A stretch of DNA of 64,000 nucleotides, taken from the NCBI GenBank assembly GCA_051530055.1, contig CM121341.1, forward strand, positions 5,124,784 to 5,188,783. Reading direction: 5' to 3'. Positions 11,233-25,400 of the stretch are shown piece by piece. Each line of letters begins with the position of its first letter. Position 1 is the first letter of the stretch. Below the pieces are notes generated by a model that ran no database searches, was not told the origin of the DNA, and worked only from the letters and a program-made list of their open reading frames with translations. The translations under genes were made by a program, and so were the position numbers. Source of the stretch: Neoechinorhynchus agilis. Lineage: Eukaryota > Animalia > Acanthocephala.

Positions 11233-11869
11233 AATTATCGTAGGATCCAAGAGTTTCAGTTGTTGGCCTTGACTAAGGATACTCTTAGTTAAATCTAAAA
11301 ACAGTTGGACTTCATTTTTAAGGAAACTTCCAAAATATAAAAAATCGTAACGAATTAATATTGAAGGTGACTAGAAGAGTGTCATTGAATTCTTATATAC
11401 AATTTAATAGGAAAACTGTTATGAATAAAGTCATGAAAAGATAAATGCTGTCTTTTTAATTATTCTCTCTCTTAATCATTTATTTGACGGCCATTAAAAA
11501 GCATTTCGCTTTCGACTACCGTCAATCCAAACGATAATTCGAATAATTTTAGTAAACTATGCAAATCAGGGTTTTTCTTGAAAGAGTTCTTATTATTCGG
11601 CAAATTGGACAACAACTTTGGAAAGTATCTGTAACGTGACCTCGTTATTTTGATATTTGCTAACGAACAATATGATGATGATTAGGTGATATGATCAACC
11701 AATCTACATCAACTTTTCTTACGATTACTACCTCTTGTATACACATCCACATTCACCTAAAGGAAATCTTCGCAAAGACAGATATTGTTTGCCCTCAAAA
11801 AAAAGTTATCCGAACGAAAACAATTGGTTACCACCGGGAACACAAAATAACTGAACAATCGAAAGACGA

Positions 11870-13297
11870 ATGGGAGCTTGTTCTAGTAAAAACGACAGAG
11901 AATTGGATGACTTTGAGGAGGAACGGATGACCCCTCGTGCAGTTTATGAGGAAATAACGGAGTACCGGATTAAAGGCGATGTAGATGATCCTTCATATCC
12001 TCCTTTATCCACACCTGAAAAGCAACACGAAAATTCTCCTTGCCAGTATCTCATTTGCAGGAAGATTATAAAAACAACTGAATGCGTGACAACAACGATT
12101 TGTCCTTTGAACGCTCCTGAACTGCCGGGAAGTGGAGTTGGCAGCTATCGAGAACTCAGTAGCTCAGTGGACGACCTCGAAGACTTGCAAGACATGACTT
12201 GTGAGAATGTTGAAGCAACTGCGAACCAATTGACTTTCTACACTTGTGAAGATGCTGAGAGTGAAGAATGCGACACTTTAAAAACATCAAGTTGGTATTC
12301 ATTGGAGGACGTTTGTTTGCGAGAAACTGGATCCCAGTCTACAGTGGAACAAGAAATCGAAGAAGGAATCGATTCACTAGTGGAAGCAACTGTAGCGAAT
12401 TGTCTTAATGCATTAGAACAAACCGAGCCTTATTTGAGTAGTAAGGAACCTCCAGAATCAATAGATGAGAGCGACAAACCTTCCAGCCCGGAACCAAATT
12501 CTAATGTACCATCAAACAAAGTACCTGTCAAAGTGCATGAAGTCGTCTATTCATTAAATGAGGAACTGAAATGTGTAGAATTCGAGCCTGAAGTAGAAAG
12601 CGTTGCTGTTGTTCACGCTTCGGATGCAACTGAATCATTCTTGGAAGCAAATCACGAAAGCCGAGAGTTGTGCACAGAAACTTCTTCGTTGCCTCTACTG
12701 TGTGAATCTGAGTTTTCAACTGAACTCGTGGAGTTCGTTGACTCATTGGTCGACACTGTGCTCCGTATGGAAGAGCATGAAGATTACTTTGACGCAGTGG
12801 AAATGGAGAACAAGGATGTTGCTGGGAATGATAGTAAAAGTCACAGGAATGCTATACAACTGACAGCGGAGCGTAACATCGAGGAAGCCGTTGAGTTTCT
12901 CATGGGGGCTACAACTCCTTATTGCAAAGAAGCGTCCTATGTTACACTTGATACGACCGATAGACAACAACAACAATACACATCAGGTGATTATTTGGAC
13001 CCAGAAATGGTTACAATTGTACATTCACTGATTGACGAAGTTTATCGCAGAAATGAACTAGACAAGTGTTTAAATGTGGTTAGAAGACAACATGAGGACG
13101 CTAGTGAAACATTGGATTCTCTAGTAGAAATGGCACGGGATATACTTGGAAATGATGAAGAGGAAAGGAGGATTCTTAGTGGAAGGAGGGAAATGGAGTC
13201 TCAACTGGATACACAAACCAACGATTCAAATGTTTTCTCTCCCTCTTTCAATCCAAATGGTTTAACCGACCACCACCACCACCACCAGCAGCAGTAG
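11870..13297 (+). CDS. Acidic, probably disordered 475-aa protein with an N-terminal MGACSS acylation motif and amphipathic helices (AKAP-like candidate)
   Basis: Long intronless ATG ORF, Glu/Asp/Ser-rich; Gly2, Cys4 and Ser6; ends HHHHHQQQ. The ORF is well supported; the function is inferred. Confidence 0.75.
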   Translation: MGACSSKNDRELDDFEEERMTPRAVYEEITEYRIKGDVDDPSYPPLSTPEKQHENSPCQYLICRKIIKTTECVTTTICPLNAPELPGSGVGSYRELSSSVDDLEDLQDMTCENVEATANQLTFYTCEDAESEECDTLKTSSWYSLEDVCLRETGSQSTVEQEIEEGIDSLVEATVANCLNALEQTEPYLSSKEPPESIDESDKPSSPEPNSNVPSNKVPVKVHEVVYSLNEELKCVEFEPEVESVAVVHASDATESFLEANHESRELCTETSSLPLLCESEFSTELVEFVDSLVDTVLRMEEHEDYFDAVEMENKDVAGNDSKSHRNAIQLTAERNIEEAVEFLMGATTPYCKEASYVTLDTTDRQQQQYTSGDYLDPEMVTIVHSLIDEVYRRNELDKCLNVVRRQHEDASETLDSLVEMARDILGNDEEERRILSGRREMESQLDTQTNDSNVFSPSFNPNGLTDHHHHHQQQ

Positions 13298-13789
13298 TCC
13301 GTAACTCATGAACAGTTTGGTGCTAAAAAACAAAACATCTTTCCACATATATATTAGATCTTTGGCTTCAAATGTAGTATTCCTTAGCATGAGATGTAGT
13401 TATTCTGGGAACCACGTTGTATCTAACCTGCACAAAGCAAACAGAAAAAATAAATACTCAGACTACTTCTCATAATCAGGCTGTATATTTTTTTAAATTC
13501 CATATTATGCCGCTTGTTTCTGTAGGGAGAAAGGCGGATAAAAGGATGTTCCCAGACACATTAGATGTGTATTCATATCTCAAATTTATGCTGAGACGCA
13601 TTTTAGAGACATTGGGAATATTAAGGGAAAATAATTGCCCATTAAACTCCTTGTGAGTCTAAAATTAATTAGGAGAACATTTAACGCGTTTTTCCAACTC
13701 GAAAAATTATTGTATTTGACCTTTTTTAAATGCTCGACCTTCAATTTTGACTTAAAAAAATCATATTATGGAAAGCCTCGTTTCCCATA

Positions 13790-14013
13790 GTCGAGATTTT
13801 TATCCAACGAAAAATGGGTGTTTTTTATTTCTTACTCCAAATTTTTGACGCCTTGCGTCTTCGCCCGGGAGCTTCCCTTCGGTGATCTGAAAAGGATCAG
13901 AGGAGGGCTTGCTCCCATCACCGAAGGGGAGCTCCCGGACGAAGACGCAAGGCGTCAAAAATTTGAAGTAAGAAATAAAAAACACTCATTTTTCGTTGGA
14001 TAAAAATCTCGAC
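13790..14013. mobile_element. Palindromic MITE with ~97-bp arms and a ~30-bp spacer
   Basis: 13790-13887 is the near-perfect reverse complement of 13917-14013; TA dinucleotides flank it. This explains the mirror ORFs 13800-13985 and 13818-14003. Confidence 0.9.
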
Positions 14014-14310
14014 CTAAAAAAATCGATCCACTTTTTTTCTGTGATTAATCAAAAATAAGAATTATCGTGATTACGACTAAATTTTTATTTAGTTCTAAAC
14101 TTCTCAGTTTTCTAGAGTAAAAGACTAATGAGACAAGCTACTAAACAGAGCAAATGTTTTATCAACACACTTAAAACTCTCGCAAAAAAAAGTGTACATT
14201 TTTCAAACTTTTACTTTTAATAACTTCGATCAACCGAGGAAATTATTTTTTTTGGATGAAAGGTACGCTTCTAGGTTTGTCCAAACCGATTGTATTTTCA
14301 AAGTTCAACA

Positions 14311-15255
14311 TTACCTTTTTCTCATAAAATACGCCACAATTTCTTTTCGATTTTCTTTTGATTGAATCAATAAAGTATAGAATTTTAACCAATAGATGGA
14401 CATCATAATGTGGATAGATATTATGCATGCGAAAGTGGAGATTGATTGAGAAGTGCATCCACTGCCTTCGTCCACAAACAAATGATCGCATATTGTTGTT
14501 GCAATTATTGGAAGTGCAGCAACAATATTGTAAATGGAAATTATTATTAACATTTGAATGGACCGTTTCATTCCTTCATCCAACATCACACCAGCCCGAG
14601 CCTTGGATTGAATAACCGTAATGTACAGATAAATACTGCAAATAACGATTCCAATGAATGGTGCTATCATACCGAGGAAATATAAAGTTAAAGCCAACAC
14701 ATAACTAATCCACTTTTTTGGTGCCGCAATCGCAGTACACAGCAATCCAGAATTGTGGTCCGGATTTCTTGACATAGTCAATTCCAAAAATAGAATAAGT
14801 AATATGTCCAGTATTATAAGGCTACCAGATATGATTTTCGCACCTTTTTTGTTTAAATGTTTCGATTTTAATGTAGGTTTTACGATATTTAGCACCCGAT
14901 CAAGATTTGCGGCAAATAGCAGCCAGTTTGATAAAATTATGAGGAATGATACAATCGGCATGAATATTTTACAGTTCGTTAAGTTTTTTATGTGGATAAT
15001 TTTTACCGTTTGAAGCCAACGAGGTATATTAAGGAGCAACATCATAATGTCCATGATTGCAATGAATTTAAAGAAGGTTGAAAAAGACAATTCTGAGTAT
15101 AATGGCATTCGCATTGTCAAGAAGAGGAAGATGTTACCAATGATCCCTAAAGTTATCGAAAGCGGATAAATCACGATTATTGACCAAGTTGTGATCACTA
15201 AAATCGTATGAGCCACTCCACGGTTGCAACTAGAGCCCTCATCAATTTTTACCAT
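14311..15255 (-). CDS. Class A (rhodopsin-like) GPCR, intronless, 314 aa
   Basis: Seven hydrophobic segments; GIIGN in TM1, AIMD in TM2, CK...LDRV at the end of TM3, and a helix-8-like SKENRKEI. Confidence 0.85.
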   Translation of the reverse strand: MVKIDEGSSCNRGVAHTILVITTWSIIVIYPLSITLGIIGNIFLFLTMRMPLYSELSFSTFFKFIAIMDIMMLLLNIPRWLQTVKIIHIKNLTNCKIFMPIVSFLIILSNWLLFAANLDRVLNIVKPTLKSKHLNKKGAKIISGSLIILDILLILFLELTMSRNPDHNSGLLCTAIAAPKKWISYVLALTLYFLGMIAPFIGIVICSIYLYITVIQSKARAGVMLDEGMKRSIQMLIIISIYNIVAALPIIATTICDHLFVDEGSGCTSQSISTFACIISIHIMMSIYWLKFYTLLIQSKENRKEIVAYFMRKR

Positions 15256-16483
15256 TTCGAAGTGCTTGTCGGGTGAATTGGAAACACCGATTTATATGGA
15301 ATTTGGGAATCTACGCCGATCGATCAAACATCACGTTTTGTGGCTCAAAAAGACGTTCAAGATTGATTTTCAAGCGACACATTCAACGTGACTAGTTCAG
15401 ACATCCAGTTTTACAAATAGAGTTAGTCTTTTCGCATTAATAAGCAACTCTCATAAACAGCTCATGTCATTTGATGTTGGTTAGAAAAATAACCTTTAAA
15501 AAGTTTCTGTCAGCAACTTTTTTCGTTATAAATGATACATCAACCAGAACGTGAGATTCTTTAAAGTAATTTAATATTTTTGAACCTTTGGTACATTATA
15601 CGAGTGAAGTTGGCAGTTCGTCCTATTTATGAAGTTCAATGAGGTTTTTTTTGAGATCTTCGAACAGCGGCTCCTATCTTCATGTCCATACATAAAGAAG
15701 CCACAAAATTTGAGTGCAATGCTTGCGTTGAACAGTACAATGTTTCTATAATATTGACCGCTCAAAACCTGCTAATGCATAAATGCAGGTTCAAGCTTCG
15801 GTTCTTCATCATCCTCTGGACCTGTCCGCTTGGCTTATCGCCCTTTTGAGTCTCCCGTCATCCCTAGTCGTCTCCGATCGTTGATCCGTCGAGCTCCTCG
15901 ATCTCAATCTACTGTCCCAAAATTCACTATCGTCCTCAAATGATCTTCGTGGGCTTTCTAAGTCGTATTCGTAGGATCAAATCTAAAATTATAAAACCAA
16001 GTGGCAATTCGCTATAATTTGTGCTGGAGAATGTCCTGTGAGCGTACAACCTTATTTGCAAACTGTCTTCACCCCAACTTGTTTCTGAGATAACGAATTT
16101 TTTACAGTGAAAAATCCCGTTCTTGTTGCAAAAAGGTTCTCATCGTTACTTGTGGCCATTTTGAACATGGGTTGATTGCGATGAACTACGTCGAACTCGA
16201 CCTGAACTCTTTTTAGGCACCCCAAAAAAGTCCGGTTTTTTCGAAATCAACGGACTAAATCTCAATTCAAATTCGTCTTGTATATAGAACTCACAACAAT
16301 AAATTGTGCTGCTACCTTCTTTTTTTTGCTCCCTTGGCAAAATGTTGTTGCAACGCACCCAAGCACAGTGTTCTCTTCTCGAGCCTACAGCCTAATGGAT
16401 CGATTGCTGCGGATGTGCCACAAACAAGGGAGAGGAAATAGCATTTTAGTCGGGAAAACGACATACCGAAACCCAACACTTTG

Positions 16484-19400
16484 ATGGACCCAACTTCATG
16501 TAAGTCTTGTTAAAACACCAAAATAGTCCTTTGAACTATAAGTATAAAGTTGCTTCAAAGCTGCGTGTCTTGACCGATTATTATAACAACATAGCCAATA
16601 ATTCATTAGCCGCACCAAACGCTAATGATATTCTTATAGCTCTTCAATCTTTAAATGAGTACCTCCTTGGGTCAGTTCGGAAACCATCAATGCATTTGTT
16701 TAAAATATTACTATTTTTTAAAGACTCCTGGACAAATCTGCAGTAGATGTGTCGCTCAGTACAACCGTTTCGTCCAAAATAGCCAAACGAGCTTCTAGTC
16801 ACCCAACGATGGGATATGTTACATACTACAGCAGCCTTCTCGAATTTGTCGATGTCCTTTCACTTGTTCCAAGTTCAGAAATAGGTTTGGTCGAAGTATA
16901 CAGTGAAAAATTGAGCTTCAAATACTCTATAGTCCTCGTTGAAATCGCAAAAAGTCTTGCAATCATTTCACCATTCTTGGCTGAAGAACAACTCCAAAAC
17001 TACTTTGATGATTTTATCAACCTTATAGCAGTCTCCGGCACGGATCACCAAGAAGCAATCATCAATATTTTGTGCGAGTCAATAATTCCACAACTATTCG
17101 GTAACTGAAATTATTTTTATAACTATTTTGAAAAGATTGAGCTTTAAAAAGTTCACTCTAATATGGGAAGGAACCAAAAAGTCGTCGCGTCCTTTCCAGC
17201 ACTCATGTTGGCAGCCTTTGAGCATTTATCTCACTCAAATCTTCAATCCAGCCTATGTGAAGCTCTGTTAATGTCGAAACAAAATTGCATTGTTGTAAGT
17301 TACATCCTCCTCCGTTTTCACAATCTTCAACATCGTTGCTTCCTAACATAAGGATCTCATTTATGTGATTGCATTTGGTACAACCAATGCACGGATAGTC
17401 GCGACAGCTCTTTTATTTCGATACTGGCCAATGCTTAATTGCTTGGAAATCGACAAAAGAAGTTTAATTCTCAAAATACAAAGTAAATAGTTCTTTTTGT
17501 TTTCACGCATTTCATATTTTGAAAGTTAGCTCGAAACCCACCGTATTGTCAATCGTCCAAATGCATCGGCGCTTCTTCAATCGCAAGCTGGGTAAATCAC
17601 TTTCACAGTCTCGGTTAATTCCAACACTCAGTACAGATCTGTGGCGATGACTTCTTAGCAGTTCACGGAATCAATCTCCCTCCACCGTATTACCTTTGCA
17701 ATACCTGCTATAATCTCGAACCGGACGCTTTTAAAGCCAAATCTCGATTACTGGTTCAACCTGTAAACTCTATCGACCAAGAATGCGCTAATCCGGTATA
17801 CAAAAAGTCTTTTGTTTTACTCATTTAAACGATTGGATAGCAATGCCGATCCAGTGTAAAAGATACTTATGCTGTATGCTACTCAATAGAGTGCTGCCTA
17901 TCCAATCATAAGAAACCAATGAGTCTTTGTCTGGCTTGTCATGAAAATATTCACGAACAAGATGAAGATTGTGATCATGTGTACCAAACGAGCTTACCGG
18001 AATTCCCTGAACTTGACCATTCTACTCGATCGTGCCTTGTGGAGGCCATCATAAGGTCAGTTTTGATCTTAAAGAAGAAAATACTAAAGCTCACATATTT
18101 TAGTCTTCTTAAAGAATCGGTTTTGTCCAATACCAATATCCGAACATCGACCGAATCAGACAATGAGAATTCTCGACGTCTACTTTCAACGTATGGAATC
18201 AATCTTCTGATCAATTTCTTTGACCCGGCATCAATTCTACCCCCTGTAAGTCCTTTGATTCCTTTGCAAATGAGTATTAGTCGAACAAAAAACAGGAAGT
18301 CTTTGCAATGCTCCTTAGCGTCCTCTTTCAGTGGTTCACGGCCACAACCTGCCTGCCGGACGACGGTATCAGCAACTTGATGGAGAAACTAAAAGTGAAC
18401 TATGTACTCCCATGGCTCAGAACTGTCGTGGAGGAACACTCAGACCTTATAATCGCCCTACTAGTACCAAATTCAGTTGCTTTTGCTAAAATTGGATTCG
18501 TTTGGGACAATGTGACTGGTGAAAGCGCTGCTCTTCGAGAAGGACTCAATATCCTCTATAACTTGATTCCATATGATATAATTACAGAGGAAGTACTTGT
18601 TTTTTAAAGTAGAATTAAAAAATCTAACCGTCTTTATTTTAAGATTTGGAACAGCGTGATTCCATATTGGCTTGAGGTTATTTTTAAGGAAATAAATGAT
18701 AATGAGCTTCACGATTTCAAACCATTGTTCAGAAAACTTTTCGATACAGAAATGTCACCCATGCTACTATCTCAAGAAGCGTTCTACCGATTTCTGATTG
18801 AACGATTTGAATCTCCGTCTCCAGCGTCCGTTCAAGAACAAGCTCTTTGCTGGTTGCAGTTGTTGTGTCGACTGGACGTAGCGATTCCTTTTGACCTTTT
18901 ATTGGATTTCATGCACTTTGGAATTCAATCTCTTCTTAAATTAGAGTCTCGAGCAAGTAGACGAGAAGCAGTATTCTCCGGTGATCATCAAGTTATTGAC
19001 AAATCAAAAGTGCCATGCATTGTGTTCGACACCTATGAGACTTATCGAGCTCATCGAAATCAACTAATGTTGCAACAACTAACGGGTCGAGAAATGGTTT
19101 CTATCATTAAAGAAGAAGAGGAAGAGTTCATTATAAATGAAAACGAACTCAATGCAACTTGTTGCCTTCTTATGCTTGATGTTCTGTATAAACAAGTGGA
19201 AATCCAATCGTTTCCACCCCAATTTCAAGGAATGTATCATCCAATCAGTAAACGAATTGTATCGCTTCTAAATGCTCAACTCATGCTGCCTTGGTTTTTG
19301 AGACATCGATGTCAAGCAGCAAGTGCAAGTTCTGGAAAAAGCAGTACTCAAAGCTGCTTAAGTTGCGAAATTCAACTCACTTGGTACAATTTATGCAAGC

Positions 19401-22400
19401 GACTTCTTAAACACATTTCACCAAGAGATGAAGTAAAACTGCAGGACCTTGAATTCCCGAATACAACCGAATTAAAACGTTTGTATTCAGTCGTAATTGA
19501 ACCCAATTTACAGCTGATTTTAGGAAAACGTGAAGCCGACGATTACGACCGGGACGATGGTGATACCTTGATTGATTCGACCTCAGCTCAGAATATTGGT
19601 GGATTCGATCATTTGGCTGAAAACAGACCGGAGCATGGAATTTGGATCACTTCAAAAAGCGTCTATCATTTCAAATTATCCACAATACTTCCTCACATGC
19701 AATTGTTCTATTATACTTTAAAGGTTTGAGATTAAAGAATTCAATACCATTTAGGGCACATGACTTTGACCATACTCAAATATTAACCCTGGATTTAACG
19801 AAAATCGCAATCCGGAATCGCCTTGTGAACTTCCTATGGTTCAATTTGAGACATTCCCTCTTTTTCGGCCGATGCTTTAATAATCAAAATTTCGTCTATT
19901 GCAAAATTCTATTCTCAACATTTATCTTCGAGGTCGTAAAACCTTTGACTTGTCACTTAGAATATCATTTGGACAATGTGAAATTCCTGCGGTTCAATTT
20001 GAGACATTCTCTCTTTTTCGGCCGATGCTTTAATAATAAAAATTTCGTCCATTGCAAAATTCTATTCTCAACATTAGTCTTGGAGCTCGTAAAACCTTTG
20101 GCTGGTCACTTAGAATATCATTTGGACAATGTGAACTTCCTATGGTTCAAAACACCCCACAAAAAAACAACACCAACACCCCACAAAAAAAACCCAAAAC
20201 ACCACACAAAACCCCACTTAGAATATCATTTGGACAATGTGAATTCCTGGTTCAATTTGAGACATTCTCTCTTTTTCGGCGATGCTTTAATAATAAAATT
20301 TCGTCATTGCAAAATTCTATTCTCACATTTATCTTCGAGTTTGTAAAACCTTTGACTGGTCACTTAGAATATCATTTGGACAATGTGAATTCCTCGGTTC
20401 AATTTGAGACATTCTCTTTTTCGGCGATGCTTAATAATAAAAATTTCGTCATTGCAAAATTCTATTCTCAACATTTCTTGAGTGTAAAACCTTTGACTGG
20501 TCACTTAGAATATCATTTGGACAATGTGAATTCCTGGTTCAATTTGAGACATTCTCTCTTTTTCGGTCGATGCTTTAATAATCAAAATTTCGTCTATTGC
20601 AAAATTCTATTCTCAGCATTTATCTTAGAGTTTGTAAAACCTTTGACTGGTCACTTAGAATATCATTTGGACAATGTGAACTTCCTGCCTCCCTCATTCA
20701 ACGGCTTAATTTGCCGTGTATAGTTTCAGGACGGGCTCCCCGAGTTGAAATTAAACGTCAAATTCCCTTTTTTTTAACTGAACATTTACTCAAAGAATAC
20801 TGAGCAAGGATGTTTTTCACCGCTTTGTTTAGGAGATAAATCGTGTTCATCACGTCGATGCGCTCTACGATTTACTTTCGATTATCCATACATTAGTTTT
20901 GAACGATGAAGTGCTGGAAACATCCGCCAAGACGAATGTTGGATTTTTGACATACTGTGCGGAGAAAATGATAATCCCATCGTAAGTATTAACTTCTTAA
21001 CATCTTCTCCATCTTGAGAGCCATTAAGACTATGGCGAATATTCAAACTTGGCTACTGTCAACTTAATGAACTTTGTGTTACGCTGCTTTTGCATACAGT
21101 TGCTCATGAACAAGGAAAACTCGCTTGCTGGAACGCTATTGAACACGACTTTAACTCAAACGATTGGCAAGTTCGTGCGAGCGCCGTAACGGCTGTAATA
21201 TCAATTTCCGAACAACTGTCATTAAAGAAAATTAAAAGTCATTACCACGCTCTATCGCTTATTGCATTTGCTTTTATGAACATCAGTTTGGCAATTGAAG
21301 ACATTGAACCGGCAGTCAGTTTAAAAGCATTAACAATTACTGAAACAATCAGCGATCAATCGCTCAAGGCAATTTTAAATGCATTCGAATTCCAATTTGA
21401 TTCGGTCATAAACGATCGCAACTTGGTTCTTCAGCACGTTTACAAACTATTCCTTAGCCTCTTCAAACAGAACCGTCATATTCTCAACTGGGACTTCTTT
21501 ATGAACAGATTCGATACGTTGTTTTTGGAGAATCAAATACTTCTTGAAGAGTTGGGTGAGATTATCTCACCTACAAGTATTTCTGGATCTAATACCGAAA
21601 GTGAACATTTCAACAGGAAACTAAATTTGATTCGATTCGCCCTTGACAGCAGTGATGAGGTTACAAAATTAAGCGCATCGCCGAGAGCTCAATTTAGAAG
21701 ATCGCTTTTCGACTCGTCCGGAGTCGAGAAAAATGAAAAATTCGGTAAGTCAAAGTTATTTGTAGTTTAAAAATGTTGCTTGATCGAAACGAATCTCTCT
21801 CAATCGATTGCTACATTTATCTAAAGAATTCGTCAAAAATCGACTTATACTAAAAAAATTTGAAGAAATTAGTTGTGTTGCAATTTTCATTAATTTGATC
21901 ATAAACAGTGTCGACTTTTACCAAATTTCCAGTAACGATAAATCTCTTTAGATGAAAAATACCCTGCCTTTTCCTCGACCAAAAGAAGGGTTTCCAGTTT
22001 CGACACGAACATTGAAGTTCAAAGTGAGCCAAAGTGCATATATTTGGTCAAAATTTGAATTTTTTTTGCTAAGCAGGCACTCTCCAAGAAGTAGCAAACG
22101 AGTCAAGGACGACGACAACGGAAATGGTTGAGGGCAGGAATGAAAACACTCTTCATGCCTTAGTTCAGTTGCTTATGCAGGTATTTCTTTCAATAATTCA
22201 TCAAATGATGAACTACATCTATTATTAGTATATGCTTGTGAACGACCAATTAGCGGTCGAGGAAGACCGGATCGACCTGAAACATCAGGTAAAGTGTATA
22301 ATTTTTTCAACTAAACAATCCTTATAGACAATAGAATCTAGTCTTGAGGCATTTATTTAAACTCATGGGATATGAAAGGAAGAGCGATGCTTTAACAAAA

Positions 22401-25400
22401 CCACCAATCAAATTAAGGTCTGTGTTCTACTTCGATCAATCGATTACTATTTGACTTTAGAAGGAGCGCCGTTTTTAGGGCGTTTTTAGCGGATTTGTCA
22501 AAAGTCTTGGACAACAACTTCAGACTAGGAAACGTCTTACTTCCTTATGTCCTTAAGCTCCTTCATTACTGTCCAGCACCTAACTCTTCGGCCAATTGTA
22601 TTCGAATGAACGCCTATTCCATTTGCAATATGGAAGTTTCATTGCGGTTGGCATGGGCAAATGCCGTGTGCGTTATTCTCTACAAGGTACTAAATTTCGA
22701 TTTCCTTATTTTCTAAGCGGCAACTATCAAATCTTCAGATCAAAATCTTTTAAAAGTGTTTGAACATTGAATTATTTAGATAGGTTGTTTTCTAGCATAA
22801 AAACTAAAATGATTTTTTATAATTTTGGTAATCTCGCCTCATCAGTCATTGATTCGCAAGTTTTCTGCAATTTAAGAGATCCGAGCTTAAATTGTTGAAA
22901 ACTTGCGAATCAATAACTGATGAGGCAAGGTTACCTCTTTCGAAATATTTCCCTTATAAATCAAAATCAAAGTGGTTATGACCAAGAGTATGTTCACCAA
23001 AATAATACTTTGACTGATAAAATGATTTTATTTTTAAAATCCGATATTTCGGCCAAACAACCTTGATCAAAAGGCGTACAAGATTGCGCCGAATTATCAG
23101 AGTTTAAAAATAAAATCATTTTAATTTCTACGCCAGAAAACAACCCTGTAAAAGTGTAACTAGATCTTGTTCTTTGCCAATCGCCTTTATAAGAGAAAAT
23201 GCTACTCTCATCATTTTAAATTTCGTATTCGAATATCTTCGGAATTTCACCCAAAAGCCTCAACGATTTCTTGTAATTTTTAGTTGGTCAATCTTAACGT
23301 GGCCTTATTTTCCATTATGTCTTCTGATTGGCCGACTGTATTATTTAAGTGTTTAGAACATCCCTAACTCGTTTTTTTCCTTTCTAGGCACTCAACCAAC
23401 CGATATCTTAGACCTGAGCGATGTACAAACTCATAACCGTATGTTTCACAGTCTATCGGTTGGCTGAATGCCTACAAAGGAAAATAAGCCGAGCACCAAG
23501 AAGGTCCTAATTCCTAAAATCCGGTACAAATTGGAGTAATGTAATAGATCGTAAATTGCTTGCCGCTTATGATAAGTTTTAACAAATTGTTGGAATTTCT
23601 TCGTATCATTTAATGTGTATATAGTACCAAATCAACATGCCCGAATACGAGTTGCTGATTAATCGAATATTGAAAATCATGATAAACTCTATTAACACTT
23701 TTTCTCATGATTGTTCATGCTTCAAATGTACTGAAAGCCATGCCCTTGGAGTTGAGTATCGACAAGGTTGGTAGACCACTAATGAAGTTATTTTATTCAT
23801 TCAAAGTCTTTAAGATTCTAAGGAAACTGAAGGTAAGAAGTTTGAATGGCTCACCTTTCTTTAGTTAATTTCTTGTCCAAAAAAATTAGACGGTGCTCCA
23901 ACTGACCGTAGTACGAGCGTCGTCAACGAGAAGGCTTCAGTTTTACCCAGCGACAGTCCAAAAAAGATGAGGTGGTTCTTTTCGAAACCCCAGCGATTTC
24001 AAGATACTTCAAGTCTTACAGTCGCGACCTCTCCGTTCATAATAAATAAAAAGGAAACTGTGCGTCCATTTATTCCGTTAGAATCGATTCCCATAATCAT
24101 TGTGAGCTTTAGGGATCTTCCAAATTGAAAGCGACAAGCAGCTACGCAGACTTCAATCGCGATCCAAATACCAGTGTCGATCCAAGAATCTTAGAAAAAC
24201 GTTTGTATAATTCGCACACATTTGCCATTTCCAATTGCATTCAGATTCTATGGAGTCAGGCAGAGGCATATTCTCATATAAAGCGGATTCTTTAAGAATG
24301 AAGAATCCCATGCATAGAGTTCCATCAGATTTGTTTCATGTAAAATCGAAGAGATCCCGAAATGTCGAACAACTTATGTCCAAAAATAAGACAAAGTAAG
24401 TCTTTGTTGCAATTATCACGATTTAAGCTTTTTTCAACTTATGAACTAGACTCAGTAGAACTTCTGTTCATAAAATATCACATATTAAGCCAAAAAACGA
24501 GCTAAGTGGATCGTGCGAACTTTGTGGTGCAGAAATCGAAAACATACACATGAGTTCTTACTTTAAAGATAAAATCCATGAGTATGTGGAAGTCGGGAAA
24601 AATTATATATATCCAAGAATCACTTTAATTGAAATATTTCGTCCAATCGCACTGGACTTCCTTAGTCAATTATCTAAAAGGGAATTTGGCAACCTCATTG
24701 TCTTATCCAAAGGTATCCTCAACTTTATATCAAAAAATCACTTTAATTGAAATATTTCGTCCAATCACGCTGGACCTCTTTAGTCAATTATCTAAAAGGG
24801 AATTTGGCAACCTCATTGTCTTATCCAAAGGTATCCTCAACTTTATATCAAAAAATCACTTTAATTAAAATATTTCGTCAATCGCACTGGACTTCTTTAG
24901 TCAATTATCTAAAAGGGAATTTGGCAACCTCATTGTCTTATCCAAAGGTATCCTCAACTTTATATCAAAAAATCACTTTAATTGAAATATTTCGTCCAAT
25001 CGCATTAAACTTCTTTAGTCAATTATCTAAAAGGGAATTTGGCAACCTCATTGTCTTATCCAAAGATATCCTCAACTTTATATCAAAAAATCACTTTAAT
25101 TGAAATATTTCGTCCAATCGCACTGGACTTCTTTAGTCAATTATCTAAAAGGGAATTTGGCAACCTCATTGTCTTATCCAAAGATATCCTCAACTTTATA
25201 TCAAAAAATCACTTTAATTAAAATATTTCGTCCAATCGCACTGGACCTCTTTAGTCAATTATCTAAAAGGGAATTTGGCAACCTCATTGTCTTATCCAAA
25301 GGTATCCTCAACTTTATATCAAAAAATCACTTTAATTAAAATATTTCGTCCAATCACGCTGGACTTCCTTAGTCAATTATTGTTTGCAAGTGTTTACGAC

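Noticed and set aside
15570-16360. Spliced gene divergent from UNC79
   Set aside because: Splice-like signals exist, but every phase I tried hits stops.
19642-20803. ORFs with a repeated 51-aa unit
   Set aside because: These are translations of the intronic 153-bp satellite; the frame shifts between copies and lies within a UNC79 intron.
24550-25339. Overlapping short ORFs
   Set aside because: Translations of the 118-bp satellite.
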